NCBI GenBank assembly: GCA_963710495.1
Contig: CAVQAI010000012.1
Location: 551,398 to 615,397, forward strand
Length of the DNA stretch: 64,000 bases
Source: an uncultured Acidimicrobiales bacterium
GTDB lineage: Bacteria; Actinomycetota; Acidimicrobiia; Acidimicrobiales; RAAP-2
Direction of reading: 5' to 3'
The notes under the pieces are model-generated. The model ran no database searches, had not been told where the DNA came from, and saw only the letters and a program-made list of their open reading frames with translations. How positions within the stretch are numbered: position 1 is the stretch's first letter; the number at the start of each line of letters is the position of its first letter. Below, piece after piece: positions 63,114 to 64,000 of the stretch. The translations under genes and the position numbers were made by a program.

Positions 63114-64000
63114 TTGGTCGGCTCCCTGCTCGAGCGATGTTCGTTCCCGGAACCCGGCACCGACCTGGTGTGCGGAGTTTCCGGGGGTGCCGACTCGCTC
63201 GCCCTGCTGGTGCTGGCCGTTGCGGCCGGGTGCCGGGTCACCGCCGTCCACATCGACCACGGCCTGCGGCCCGGCTCTGCCGCCGAGGCCGAGGTGGTGG
63301 CCGCCGCCGCTCGGCGTTTCGGCGCGGCCTTCCGGTCCGAGCGGGTGACGGTGGCGGCGGGCCCGAATCTCGAGGCCCGGGCCCGGGAGGCTCGGCGCCG
63401 GGTGCTCGGGATCGAGGCGGCCACCGGCCACACGATCGACGATCAGGCCGAGACCGTCATGGTCAACCTGTTGCGTGGCGCCGGCGTTTCGGGGCTGGCC
63501 GGGATGCGCGCCGGGACGCGTCATCCTATCCTCGCCGTGCGGCGGGCCGAGACGGGGGAGCTGTGCCGGCGGCTCGATCTCGTGCCGGTGCGCGATCCGA
63601 CCAACGACGACCGCCGGTTCCTGCGCAACCGGGTCCGTCACGAATTGCTGCCGCTGTGCGCCGAGATCGCCGGGCGTGACGTCGTCCCCGTGCTCGCCCG
63701 GCAGGCCGGTCTCATGGCCGCCGACGCCGAGCTGCTCGACGCGGTGGCCGGGCTGATCGAGCCCGAGGACGCCACCGCGCTGGCCGACGCTCCCGAGGCG
63801 GCCGGTCGTCGGAGCATCCGCAACTGGCTGGCGGGCGGAGGTGATCACCCTCCGCCCCTCGACGCCGTCGAGCGCGTGCTGGACGTGGCCCGGAAGGGGC
63901 GCCGGGCGACCGAGGTTCCGGGCGGCCGGCGGGTGGCTCGGAGCCGGGGACGGCTCTCGGTGTCGCCGGTCCTCCCCGAGGGAGAGCCCGGGCCGCCGGC
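63114..64000 (+). CDS. tilS: tRNA(Ile)-lysidine synthetase, 3'-truncated by the window edge
   Basis: Frame hand-translated from TTG 63114. It is not in the ORF track because no stop occurs before 64000. PP-loop LVCGVSGGADSLALL, HIDHGLR, TGHTIDDQAETVMVNLLRG. Confidence 0.85.
   Translation, partial: MVGSLLERCSFPEPGTDLVCGVSGGADSLALLVLAVAAGCRVTAVHIDHGLRPGSAAEAEVVAAAARRFGAAFRSERVTVAAGPNLEARAREARRRVLGIEAATGHTIDDQAETVMVNLLRGAGVSGLAGMRAGTRHPILAVRRAETGELCRRLDLVPVRDPTNDDRRFLRNRVRHELLPLCAEIAGRDVVPVLARQAGLMAADAELLDAVAGLIEPEDATALADAPEAAGRRSIRNWLAGGGDHPPPLDAVERVLDVARKGRRATEVPGGRRVARSRGRLSVSPVLPEGEPGPP

Noticed and set aside
1-64000. CRISPR arrays, transposases, integrases, and toxin-antitoxin or recognisable phage-defence genes
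   Set aside because: None were found. The only tandem repeats are short 12-15 bp units in low-complexity coding tails or one intergenic region, without spacer-like unique inserts.

Overview
This is a very high-G+C chromosomal segment, judged by eye and not computed, with gene content and local synteny typical of Actinomycetota. Several blocks match, from memory, conserved mycobacterial neighbourhoods: paired ArsA-like ATPases next to whiB, trkA-trkA-APC permease, topA-tmk-holB, and DUF2342 metalloprotease-tilS. Finer taxonomy cannot be assigned from the sequence alone.

About 60 genes can be supported, plus tRNA-Pro(CGG) and tRNA-Thr(CGU). Most are housekeeping:
- GSI and GSII glutamine synthetases, NAD synthetase, H+-pyrophosphatase, topoisomerase I, dTMP kinase, DNA polymerase III delta-prime and TilS
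- Fe-S carriers Mrp and ErpA
- a group-2 sigma factor and a SigH/RshA-type ECF sigma and ZAS anti-sigma pair

Many long ORFs in the six-frame track are shadow frames of real genes and were discarded. Several real genes start well inside the listed ORF, and start coordinates were re-derived by hand.

The most interesting points:
1. A VKOR gene is flanked on both sides by membrane-anchored DUF929-like paralogs carrying a CPxC motif (14.7-17.6 kb). This is a candidate non-DsbA disulfide-formation module.
2. A roughly 4.6 kb lower-G+C, decayed island sits between holB and the 3' end of tRNA-Thr (43.2-47.8 kb). It carries a neocarzinostatin-fold lipoprotein, an FN3/Calx-beta secreted protein, a P-loop kinase, a GYD protein and two pseudogenes.
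3. An APC permease is fused to an OB-fold domain that, as I recall, is usually a separate neighbouring gene.
4. A [2Fe-2S]/truncated molybdopterin-subunit fusion has cluster-ligand cysteines upstream of any canonical start codon. It also lies in frame with the erpA TGA stop.
5. A sulfotransferase/SDR/APH/MMPL/TetR/secreted-hydrolase cluster has a +1 frameshift in the sulfotransferase.

No CRISPR array, transposase or integrase was seen. All family assignments rest on motif recognition by eye. No database search or computation was run.
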